A DNA stretch of 64,000 nucleotides from positions 186,001 through 250,000 of the forward strand of contig JAQGDQ010000124.1 in NCBI GenBank assembly GCA_030141605.1. The letters run 5' to 3'. Positions within the stretch are counted from its first letter, which is position 1. Each line of letters starts with the position of its first letter. Below, piece after piece: positions 48,762-61,248 of the stretch. Made by a program: the position numbers and the translations under genes. The stretch comes from Tubiluchus corallicola. Its lineage: Eukaryota > Animalia > Priapulida. The notes beneath the pieces are model-generated. The model saw only the letters and a program-made list of their open reading frames with translations, did not search any database and was not told the DNA's origin.

Positions 48762-51700
48762 AGCTTTGTAATTTTATAGTATGATCCCCTTTACGACGTC
48801 ATTATTACTCCTGAAGCCGTTGAACCACAATCAGCTGACGTTCCTGCATCGTATTATTGTATATGTTATCATTATGTATTTAGTTATGTATATCAACATT
48901 TTTTTGCATGTTCGTCTTCCTGATAAAGTGATGTTTTCGACTGTAGCATCCTAAAAAACGCAGTGGTTAGTATGTAAGAATCAATTACTTCTGGCGCGCG
49001 CATTGCATGAATCAAACTCTTTGCATCAACTACAAACATCGGTATAATTCTTGTCTTTAATCATCTTCACTCTTCACTATCTTGCATATGCAGTCGGAAT
49101 TTACTAGTTGAAAAAACGCCAAAGAATCACAAACACGTATAGACGCATTTACCCGGTTAATGTTTCATGCATGCAGGTTTGAAATTAGGGCCTCTCTTTT
49201 TTAAAATACACGCTGTGTGTACTATTATTCTCTCTCTTTCCCTCCCTCTCCCTCTCTCTGACACTAACATACGCACAGCTTTCTCCTAAATCCCTGATAC
49301 AGACGCAATCATCAGCACGACCATGTTGGAAAGATCGAAGTATAAATCCAAGTAAATAGTTAATACGAGACGAGTATAGAGTCCTGATGCTGACATGCAG
49401 AGCTTAGAAAAGCTGCATTAGCCTCGTTTACAAACTCGGTTAGTCTGGAGGAGAGATTCTCGTCATTTTGAATCACCATGGGCAGCAATCTAACGTCGGA
49501 GAGAGATTCTGATTTTTTCTGGCTTGTTAGTAATTCACAAAGGTCTGAACAGTTGGCACAACAAAGGTAACTTCGATTTTTGAAAGAGTTATATATTCGT
49601 TTTAATGTGGGCCTCAAAGACTAAATGAATACCTGCCTCTATACTAATTCTCTTCTTGAGTAGACGTGATAACGACCGTTTTGTCAATCATTAGTTTGCA
49701 TGTAAAACAGACATAGATTGAGAAAATTGGATACAGTTTCTAAAGATAATTCGTCCTTATTTCCCTGGCAAAGGGATTAGTGTACGCGGATTATCATCTC
49801 TCTAGCTGAAGGATTATTATTATGTAGTAAGGTATTAGCTTTGATAACGCCATGACTGGCACCACACGCATACAATCTACCACTGTGTGCGGCGGGAACA
49901 GAGTTATTTTCTTTACACGCTGGAGAAAGGGTTAACAAAAGACGAAAAGTGAGAAAACATAAACACTACTCAGCAACATCCTGTCTTGCTCATGATAGGA
50001 GAGGATTTGTTTGTCAGCGTGAAGTATTTTGTGTCGGTTTTGTTGTACAAGTTTCGAGATTCAACTCTTTCAGTGCATTCAACTGTTTCGAAAAAATGTC
50101 TTGTCGTACACATTCCTGGCTATATTTACTGGTAATAAAAATATCTCTATCACTAATTGGTGTCTACCTTCTGAATTTCATATATATATATATAATGCAT
50201 GTATATGAAATAATGCACACTACATCTATATAATAATTATAAATATATCGCATGCACAAAGGTTAAATGAATCTTCTGAATTTCATTTATACTATGATGC
50301 AATAATTCACGTCTCATACACAAACTGAAAAACTGAAAACCGATCAACTTTTAAAATTTCTTTATGCACTTTGAGTGTTAGTTACGCAAACAACCGTTTT
50401 AATTAGACCGGAATTGCCGGATATTAGCTTTATACATCAATAGAAATGTAGCTGTGGTTCTGTTTAGAATTTTTCGGACAGCTAGGCGCATATGGTGTTA
50501 GCTTACTTTCGACTAGCCTTTGTAGATATGAATCTACAAGCTATAACTAATAGGCTCAGAGAAATAAAACAAGCTGAGGAATGGGCGAGTATGTTAGCAC
50601 CTTCTCTCATTGCAGGAGAAATCTGGGATATGTGTTATCAAAGTGGCACCATTTGGGTACCTCCAAAAATGCAACACAACCTTATAACGAAACCGCACTT
50701 GTAAACTGTGACTTGTGATATCATTATCATATTGAAATATTTATTAATATTTATACAGCAAATGCATAGAGCCATAGACTAAAAAAGATACCAGCAAGAT
50801 GCCAACACGCACAACAAATTCTTGCAGAGTTCATCGATATAATATACGTCATTTTCCAAAATGAATTACAGCAATACAAAGTAAAGATATGCTCGCTTTT
50901 TGACTCGTCTTCAGAGATTAATTCGAGCAACACGTGTATGAATGCCGCAAAATTGTTCCTAAAGCAATATTCCCACGTAATATAAACTAAATCATACTAA
51001 ATTAGTCAGATGTCGTATTTCAACCACATATATAAATACACCATGTATTAGCTGAACTATAGGCTTTTATAAATGTAGTTAAAGCTATAATTTAACATAA
51101 GTTCATGTTTAACTAGGTTCCTGACTCAGTAATAATGCTGTCACCTTGGTTTATAATCATCACCTTTTCAGTTCACAGCTAGCAGCAAAATATGACAGCT
51201 TAAATATGCTGATTTTAAATCTCCAAATGACTTTAATTGCAGCAATTAAACCTACAAGGATAGGGGCACGTGCATCTCATTTCAGGGCTTTAATTTAAAA
51301 AAGTATTTGCCAACCCCTTGCCACCCGAAGTTTAGCAAACATGAATGCGTAAATTTACAATAAAGAGAGAAAAAGAAGAAAAAAACTAAAACGAGTAGGT
51401 GACCACAGTGTGTACTTTAGTACGGGACAGGAATTGATTTGCAATAATGAGTGTGCGTAGTAAATTTATTTATAACGTAACTGCCTGGAAAACTCAAGAA
51501 ACCCCTTTAAATGACACCAGCATATTAAAAACGGGAATTTTTAAAGTGAAATTAAATTAGTTCAAATTACACACCACTTTCCAGATGTTAGATTTAATGC
51601 TACCATAATATCAAACTGAAATGGCACTCCAGATAGGAATAGCGCATATTGATAAAATTTAACGTTTAATCCCTTATCGCCAGCACCACTCTATGCTTTT

Positions 51701-54700
51701 TCTCATATAATACATTTCCTATAACCACGTACATTGAATCGAAGCACATGCACAGTGCAAGCACGAGGTTAAAGAAGCAGCGAAGCCCCTGCTGAAATGC
51801 CACACGAGTTCATAAAGCCTTATTCAAGCCGAGCGTAAATGGCTTCTTAGAAAAGCATATTAGGTCCATATTTCTGTCACTAATACAGAACAAATAATGT
51901 TATACAGTAATTACTATTTAGTAAGTAAATTGAAGTCCAGTAGGCCGCAGCTTTGAGCTATATATATTACATGCATGCACCATTGTATTGAGAAAAAAGC
52001 ACACATTTTTAAAGTTTGAAGCACAAGAAAACCCTCCACTTACATAAAACTTGAAAAATTCGTCTTGAAATTTTAAACCACCTACATACTGCCTTTTTGC
52101 ATACGGGACTTGCGTCAGCTGTAAGTTGTATAAAACTTGTAAATTTAAACTCTCGCCATGACCGTCAAGGCGCAGCCATTTTCATGGTAAGTCGTTTGAA
52201 ACAAGTTCAGATAACACTGTGTGAAGCTTGAAAAAATAATCAGAGTATTCGTAGCACACATGTTACTAAGTAAAATTTTAAATTACTGCATGTTGTCAAT
52301 AAGATTAAAAATACGTTTTTGGTTAGTGAGTGGGGCACCCTGGAGGGTGAGCGACATTTTACCAAGTGCCACAAACACTTTAAATTGTTATTTTTTAGGT
52401 ACCCATCTTCTTCTCCTTTTTTTAAATTTTTTTTTACTTATTCGGTGATTAATAGATTAATCGCGATTAATCAACAGCAAAACAGCACGTGTTACATACT
52501 GACTAAAACGCAGAATATTTGCATTTTATTTCGCATTACACAGTGCGCATAATCGAACAAGAGGGCTTCGAATCAACAGTTTCAAATTCGTTGACACGTG
52601 ACACGCCTATGACGTAGCCAGAATAGCTAATGAAAACGCGGTACGAAAATAACAAACATTGGAGAAAGATGTGATGAAGTTATAGACTATATTTCATTGT
52701 AAGCATTAAAAGATACAAGTTAAACGATAAAAATCGTCGCGAAAGATAATCTTGACATCGAATTAAAAGAGTAACATTATAATCAAATTGCAAAATCGTC
52801 CATCACAAACATTTTTATCCATTACAAAAAGAAATCACAAGAATTTTTAACTGTTTTTTAAATCGTGAAATGGTTTTGGCTGCTGTACATGAAATAATTA
52901 AATCTGTTCACACTTTTCAGCCTCAGTTTGGCAGATTCTGCACAGTGTTAAAAAAGTGGTGTAACTTTATCTCACTTATACTTAGTTAGGCAGATTTAAA
53001 GCGCCAACACGTGTTGTTTGAAGTATCCGTTGCGCGAAAAACACTTGGCATGTTTGTTTAGAAAAGTGGTACTAGCCAACACAAGTTTGCGTCTACTGTA
53101 ACCAAAGCGAGTTAAATTAGCTTCAGAAATGAACTACTGATGAAAGAAGTTCGCTAGCTTATTGCAATTGATATGACTTATGATCTACTGGGATGTCAAA
53201 ATTTTGACAAATCTCTTATTGGCGCATCCTCATTTAATTTATGTGAAAAAGTCAACAGTTAGAGAGAGAATCGAAGGCAAAAACGTTTTGCATTTGAAAT
53301 CTACGACTTACTGTAAAAAAACGGACCCTAATCAAATCTGTCATCAGCATTGCCATTCATCCAGTAAGAGTTTTGATAAAACAATAACTCTTGTTCATAA
53401 AACTCAAATTAGACACAGACATACATGTATCTATAAATAGTTCTGTACGCATAAATGCAAAATTTTAATTTTTATTAAATTCTAACTCTATTTTCGGGCT
53501 GCAACCAAACCGAAATTTTCTGTTTAACTTTTTTCAAGATCACTGCCAATCTGAATTTTTTTCCAATCGTGATTTACTGTCGTCTGCAAAACTGATTAAC
53601 ACAGATTGTACAGATTAACATGCGCGCTCATTAATTCTGCATGCAACCATGCAAGCCATACTTGGTCTCACCAATATAAAATTACTTTCTATGTATAATG
53701 TATATCATGTATGTATATCAGCAGTTTCATTATATATAGGAAATTCCCTACGAAACGCCGAACTTTATATACTCACTAGTCCTACTACTTATGACATGCC
53801 TAAAACGGTACAGGTTAACTTTCTATACATCATTATAATCGCCATTTTGACATTTCCAAAATGGTCGCTATTTACGACTACCTCTTTCAATATGATTGAA
53901 ATTATCACTGTTAGTCTGTTATAAGAAATAATCAGCAATCCCAGTGTCCTTGCGTTGGCGTTGCTAAACAGAGCTATTGCATGTGTAGTAAAATCTTCTG
54001 GTGAGCTTCCCACACAGGATCAAACGCACGCGTCATGCTGACCAATGTTTGTTCGACCCCGCTGGCTTGATCGGGATAATTTTTCCCAGATCTCCCAGAA
54101 GACTTGAGAATAAAGAAGAAAAACCCAGGATTGTAATGGCACAGAGCGGTATAGCAGCAGCGTCTAGTATTACAATAAACATACAAAAATAAAAGCATGG
54201 TTTAATCCGGTGTATACGAGTATTTACGTTATTCGTATAAAACATATGCCAATTTCTTTGTGCAAAGAAGAACCGTTCTTACATATCTAACCCATTATGG
54301 CTGCTTGCTCTACACACGTATTTTTATAGCAAAAATTGGTAGTGATTTAATCAAAATGTTGAGGCCTTTCAAGTTTGCAATTTACATCCTTCATTTCGAA
54401 CTGAAAAAAACTGAGCGTAAACTTATCGGCCCATAATTAAAAATATATTCCTTTAATGATTAACGCAATTAATATACCACTTAATCAAAGATATTAATGT
54501 TCATGCAATGTATAACTTGTGTTTCCATAGAAAAAAACATATTTTTCAATAAGCTCTAAAAAGTCACTAAACTTAATTTAGTCTCTACAGGCATACTCTG
54601 TACTCATTAGCTGGTCAACGTCTTACATAGGGTAATGCCCGTGGCATATACAAAGTAATAGGTCGGCAAATTTAGAAAGAGTTAAAGGTTACGTAAGCGG

Positions 54701-57700
54701 GACAGGTATTTAGTACAGATGTACCGCTATTGTTCCAGACATGACCGCTCCATTGTTAGTTTTATGAGGAAGAGATGAGATAGATAAAACTATTAATGCA
54801 AGACTAGATGCAGACATGGACCTACAGTGCACTGACACCTTGAGAGAAGCTTAGTCTACAGCATATGTTCCATCACACAAGTTAAAATACAACTTGAAAT
54901 TGACACAGAAGTTGGTAGAACGTTGTGAAAATCAATGTCACTTTTTTGACACTGTATTATAATTTTCTTACCAAAATTACCGTTTTAATAAAAATATAGT
55001 TTATGCGCTACCAATTTCTACACAATCATCTTGATCATTTACCGCTTATGAAAAAGAACTCATCGCGTGTTCATATAGCTTATTATTGGCAAAGTAAATA
55101 GATCGTCCGGACGCTATCATACATGCATTATGGCAATTTATGTGAGATTACTATGGCAGACGAGTGAGTAAAAAGCAAAGAACAAACAAAAGAGAGAAAG
55201 ACTTTGCAGAACTGGTTCCTTCCTGAGGACAATGAACAGCCACAAATAAACGCCGCCAAGACTTCTGAAAAAGCTAGTATCTCTTTACAGGTTAATTTGT
55301 AAAGGTGAAAGTAAAACTAGGAACCAACACAGGCAAATTTCAAGAGCCAAAAAATAATCAATAGGCCATTTTATTAATATTTCTCAACCAAATTTTTTAT
55401 AACACACTAAGATTTTAGTTGTCGCCGAAAACGTTAATTCTGTAATACATTTTTAATGACGTCATTTGATAAGTTTAGTACGAAGAGGTTTTCACTTCAA
55501 CTACAATTATGTACTAGGACATCTGATTTTATAGTTTAGTATAAATGTACGGTAAAAACTTCGCATGGCCATGTATGCAAATTTATTTAGACAAATTAAT
55601 GAGTTGGGTTAACACACAGAAGCATGTATCTTATTCATGTACCGAGCACAACGGACCTAGCCTGGCCCACACCTTAACTTTCCACAGTGGCCTCGTTTAA
55701 CTGCAGGAGTACACTGAACAGTATTTTTTATATGATCTGTAATATAATCACTTCAATTTTTAATTTTAAGAAATATATCGAATTCAAGAATTTGCCGTAA
55801 TAGTAATTATTGCGTACATACAACTTACTATATTAAATAAGCGAATGCGTGATACATGCAGACGTGGAAACCCCATACACATCATAATGGTATTTTTTAA
55901 AAATTGTATTACTATATTCGCCAGGAATTCCGTCTTCAGCTGCAAACGATGTATAATTTCTAGTTTAGACAACACGATAATTTTATGGTTTCATTATCAA
56001 TAATCATGACTGACATAACAAGAGCTGACCGGTCAAACATGACCTCACACTAATACCATTATTTAAAACATCACGCAGACGCCCAAGCCCGCACATTAGT
56101 ATTATTACGCAGCTGAGGTACATTATTACTGAATTGCGATGATCAAATCCGATTACTCGAGCGAGTAAATCTGTCGGCGCACCCAATTTCTGTACTCAGT
56201 CGAGTGTGTTTCCATAGAATCTGCTCCTAGTTAGGACTTGAGACACAATTAGGCGAACAGAGACTAATAACAGATCTCTCCAACAGAGAAAATGATGCCT
56301 ACTAATGATGCGAGTGCAGTGGAGTTAGGATAAAGTTACTAGTCTATTTGTGCAACCCAGCCGAATGTAGAGAAAACAGAACACTCACATTGCGCAACTG
56401 TATCGACACTCATCCTGTATTAATCATAAAACTGCTTATTAGTATGATTAGCCTAATTAAAGTAACCGAGAGAGGCTTATTATGCTCCGCGGGTAGCCCG
56501 GTTCAATCTTTATATATGTATGCCTGACCATTGGTCAATAATAATTTGGACAATGTGCTATTCATCTCAGGGCGAGACCAGCAGACCTTGAGGATGAGCA
56601 CAAAAGGTCTTTTTGCTAACTGAAACTGAAGTGAGTTTTAATCCGGGTCTTTTGTTAACATTAGACACAGTTTCCTGTGCGAGATTTGGAGATCTGCCTA
56701 AATTTAAAATATAAGAGCCACAATTTTTTTTATAGGTGTTTAAGTCGAGTTCACCTTCTTAAAATCACTAAGTTACATAATAATTTGCATTTCAGCGATA
56801 TACAAACATTATTTCGTCTCTAGTTTGCAATATTCTCGTTTAAATGTTTTGATTAAATCTGTCCTGTTTTCATCTACGGTTATCTACACCTACTGAATGT
56901 CTATGGTGCAGACTGTAGCAGTTATACTATTGCCCGGTATCGAGTTGTTATTAAATTATCTCTGTATAGAAGTTTTATACATATACAACCTTAATTTCAA
57001 TCTTCCAAGAACTCTGCGATGGAATTAGTCACACATTTATCAACCTTTCTAGTTAAAAAATCAATATATGTAAAATTTAAAACAAGACAGGTTGTAATTA
57101 TAAATTTAGCCAGCAGTAGACCAAGTCATAACCCCATGCAATACTTTCAAATTATTCACATTACTTAAATTATAAAAAATCATTGTAGTGATTAAATGAA
57201 ATTTGTAACTAATATACAGGCTAGCATAGTCAGTGGATAATTAATTAAATATACGACAGAATTATTTGAATTTCGTGATCTTCTTCGCATTTCTTTCCAT
57301 AAAGCCAAGTTCAAATGGCTTCAGCAAATTTAACTGCATGTTTATTTCACCGCTTGACCGATTTGTAGTTTACAGATGTTACTAGTTACTTGGTCACTTT
57401 ATGTCGGCACATATAAAACCATCATAAACTGATAAACTGGATGTAAGTTTTGCATTATCAAAGTTTACGTACAATATTTCCAAGCAAGCACTAATCCACC
57501 AAACAGTTATTGCCTGGTTAGATGCAGAGTATCGAAATAGCTAAATGTTTGTTGTGAAACAGTGGCTAAAGCTAATGGTCAACAGAATTTTATGGGTCAG
57601 ATTCTTAGACAAACTCGCAATTATTTACAACTAGGAACTATCTTAGCTTTGGCTCAGGATTACAGCATGTTGTTATAACTATGTACGTTAATCCGCTATT

Positions 57701-58068
57701 GGAGTTCTACACAGATCTGTTAAGAAGTCACTCACAACCAACAAAGACCAGAGATTATCACTCAAATTGTTCGGAAGGATCAGTTCAGTTAGCTGTAAAA
57801 TCGGCACAACTTTCATCGTTTGATCTACATGTGGTGCCCTAACTTATGAATATCATCTCTTAAAGTAAAAAGAAGATCGAGTACCGCTAACAAGTTAGGC
57901 CATCATACTGATTTCAAGCGAATCCTATACTACCAGTTAATTAGCCTGTTCTAAAACAACATTTAAACTAGAACCTTTTTTATTGCTAATACAAGGCTTT
58001 CATCACTTTGAGTTGCAAAATGTAGGATTATGCATAATATAGACATCAGCATATAGCTATAAAGGCGG

Positions 58069-58074
<6 letters not shown>

Positions 58075-58098
<24 letters not shown>
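58075..58098. repeat. (TA)n microsatellite
   Basis: About 12 TA units. Confidence 0.9.
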
Positions 58099-58106
<8 letters not shown>

Positions 58107-61031
58107 ATATTATATAAATGCGAAAAAAAGACCGTGAACTAGTCTATTTCTCCTCCATAAGCCCTAACCACTTGCATGTCTGCCAGACTCAATAAAGCAT
58201 ATCCTCGTTAGTTTGGACAATCAAATTTTTAATGCCAATACCACAAAATGTATAAGATAATTTTTCATATACTTATGAAGTATATGAACTATAATATAAA
58301 GAGACTATCACTTACAACCTACGTACTTACTAATCCTTACTGAGTCTGGACTTGCAGAGAGTATATACAATGTATTTTTTGCAGAATAATTATAACATTG
58401 TTCGAAAGAGAAACTTCCTAGAAACTGAATTTATAAACGGTTTATTGTGTTTGCATTTGCCCCAATTTTCAAAATAATAGGCTTGATTGAACTGAATAGG
58501 CTTTGATTGTCAAAATCCTTTTAATAAAATAATTGATCACCTATTATTTAACAAGTCTGACTGGTTACTAATTTACCGTAGGAAAGTCTGATGTAGGAAG
58601 CAGGAATTAAAATTTTCAACCAAGCATTTAAGAATTTGGAATAAATTAAATTAGTGAAATAGTAGTCCAACAAATAGTAGTTTGGCCGATAATTGTATAC
58701 TTGTATACATACACAGCTAATTCAGAAAGCGGGTTAAGTTATATTACACCCATCTTCAACAAATTTTCACATGTACTCTAAATTCCTTACAGTAACTATA
58801 GGAATCGTGTCTATATTAAAACTACGAATGCTTGTCGCCATGTATAAATACTATACATTGTTCTTTGCTTTTTAATTTTGCCCGAGATATACCGCAATTA
58901 CACTCAATTTTCATAGGATAATCAGAATAAATCAGTGCCGCTTTTCACTCAAAAGTTGACGTTGGTTTTTTAATTTAGCGTTGGTTGACGCTAAATTTTC
59001 ATTGGTTTATTTTATTTATTGCTTGGAATCTACGTAGTTTTCTTTATCTGTTTATGGCATCTTGCAATTAAATCATTTTAATTTTCATTCACGTTTTACC
59101 AACTCTCAAAGCTACCATGTTGCTAATTATTGAGCTAATAATTAATCGTTTGAAGCGAACAATGTATTTTTCTCTCAGTGAGTTATCCTGGCTAAGCAAT
59201 CTTTAAAACAAATTTTATAAATAAGTTACTTTCTCATATTAGAAATAAGGATTTATTAACGAGCATATAATATTTTACAGCACTAAAACGATATTTTAAA
59301 TGTCACACGTATTATGTCCCGTCCAAATCCGAATCTATACATTTACTAGACGAAAGCGAAAGCAGAATACATTTTTACTAATGCATTAATGGTGCAAAAA
59401 GATAAACAGAGTCATACTAAAAATACGATTCATCAAAAAAGCAAAAAAGACAGAGAAGTCTTATAAAATAATCCTCATGACAAAGTTCTACCATAGTAGT
59501 ATGTGTGGGCACACATTATACAGACCATAATGAAAAAAATAACAATCACTACACATAGGAGGCTAGGACCCATTGGCAGTTGAATATCCTACTACTGTTC
59601 AAGATTACCATGAGATTACAGCTCATTGCATGCATAATAACAGACATTCAGTTAGCAAAGTAAAATGCTGTGCGCCTCTGCACACGCACAAAGCTAACCG
59701 GATTTTTGTTCCAGCGGGGGATCTTTAGTAAATGTACTGAAATAAAAAAACTCATCTTATGAAAGACGCAAAAAAAACTTCAGCCCTGAACAAGGAAACC
59801 GCTGTACTGGGCAGAACATTCAGTAAAAGCAGACACGGACTGAACTACTGAGGGTAAACGCTTATTTTATCCATTAAACAGAAAATTATGAAAATGTAGT
59901 ACTACACGTATTATGAATAAACGTTTACCCACGATGTTGGAGCACCCGGAAATAAGACCTATTATACAAATGCGTATCGTGAAAACTAACAGGTCAACAT
60001 CAGAGTCAACATCAATGCATTTAGCGCCAATTATGCTGAGTTCTGACTACAATACGCAACAATTAAATTGTGTATGTAGGAAGCAAATTTGTTTCCTAAT
60101 CTTTTGACTTGTACTATGAACCTAAAGCACCCAATGGCAGGCTAAATAGCTGATAGTTACTGGTCAGCTTTATTCGGTACAAACGTTCAGGAAAATATCA
60201 AAATTATTTCTCTGAAACATGAAAATGAATACATGGAAAATAAGCAATACAGATAGAACATTTCATACTGGCACTGATACAGCATTGCATAGTCATACTA
60301 AAGAACAGCTCACAGATGTAAATAATTATGCTGTTAACTCAATCCTTCGCGGTGAATAGACAGAACAGTTAGCAACAGCAGTAAGAAACGAACCCTTGCT
60401 TAAGCATTCACATTCAGTAATTGACATTTGGACAAAAATTGCTTCACGCCAAATTACAGGGCCGACACACTCTCTCAACAGCTTGCTATTTACATAGGAA
60501 TCCTAACCTCTTTCGAAATACTCATTCAAAAAGAACGTTTTTTCCCTACACTAAGGGAGCAGCACAACGATTACATTATGAGGAAATAAAAAATTGTCTC
60601 TCTCTATCGCCGTCTAATCCCGCTCTCTAATTACAGGTGGGCAAGATAATTTAGAGTAATGTAGTCATCGATCATTTTCTCTTTCTCAACTTTACAAAAC
60701 GTTTTTCAGGTTTAAAACAGTCACTTCCCTTCGTCGTCGATTAAAATACATGTACAATAGGGAATAGGGTAGGCCTATGTAGCCTGTATAATATTAGTTC
60801 ATAACAATGTAGTACAGCTCGTGTAAACCAAGCTTCAGAGATTATCTCAGGCGTTACTAAATAATTTCTTCTGGGATGTATTGATTTCGGGAAACCCTCA
60901 GGTACACGTTAGCGGGGAACACCTTTGTGTTCAGCAGGCAGCAGCCGTCATGACCACCCGTTAAATCAGCAGAAATCACGACAAACAAAAAGATCTCGAC
61001 ACCGCCGAGTCCCCCGAGTATTTAGTTAAGT

Positions 61032-61248
61032 TATAGTAACTGTTACTATAGCGCGCTAGTGTAGCACACGAGGATGTAGGAACTGATAGAGAAACATACA
61101 TGATATTGTATTTACTTATGTTACTGTAACTGTTACTGTGGTGTGCTAGTGTAGTACACGAAGATACGTTGCAGTAACTGTTACTAGGGCGTGCTGGTGT
61201 AGTACACGAGGATATACTAAACTGTTAGAGAAAGGTACATGATATTAT
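61032..61248. repeat. Irregular tandem repeat, 3 copies of a ~40-bp palindrome-containing core
   Basis: The core GTAACTGTTACT-n-G(C/T)G(C/T)GCT(A/G)GTGTAG(C/T)ACACGA(G/A)GAT occurs near 61036, 61126 and 61174. Copies 1 and 3 continue with AACTG(A/T)TAGAGAAA..TACATGATATT. Confidence 0.85.

Noticed and set aside
53789-54245. Overlapping short ORFs on both strands as a transposase or small gene
   Set aside because: No recognisable domain motif and no convincing splice or start context.
59699-59736. Possible ephrin micro-exon HLLKIPRWNKNP with AG/GT borders on the minus strand
   Set aside because: The motif spacing is wrong (WNxNP rather than WNxxNP), it ends in phase 0 while the next exon needs phase 2, and no signal peptide is attached.
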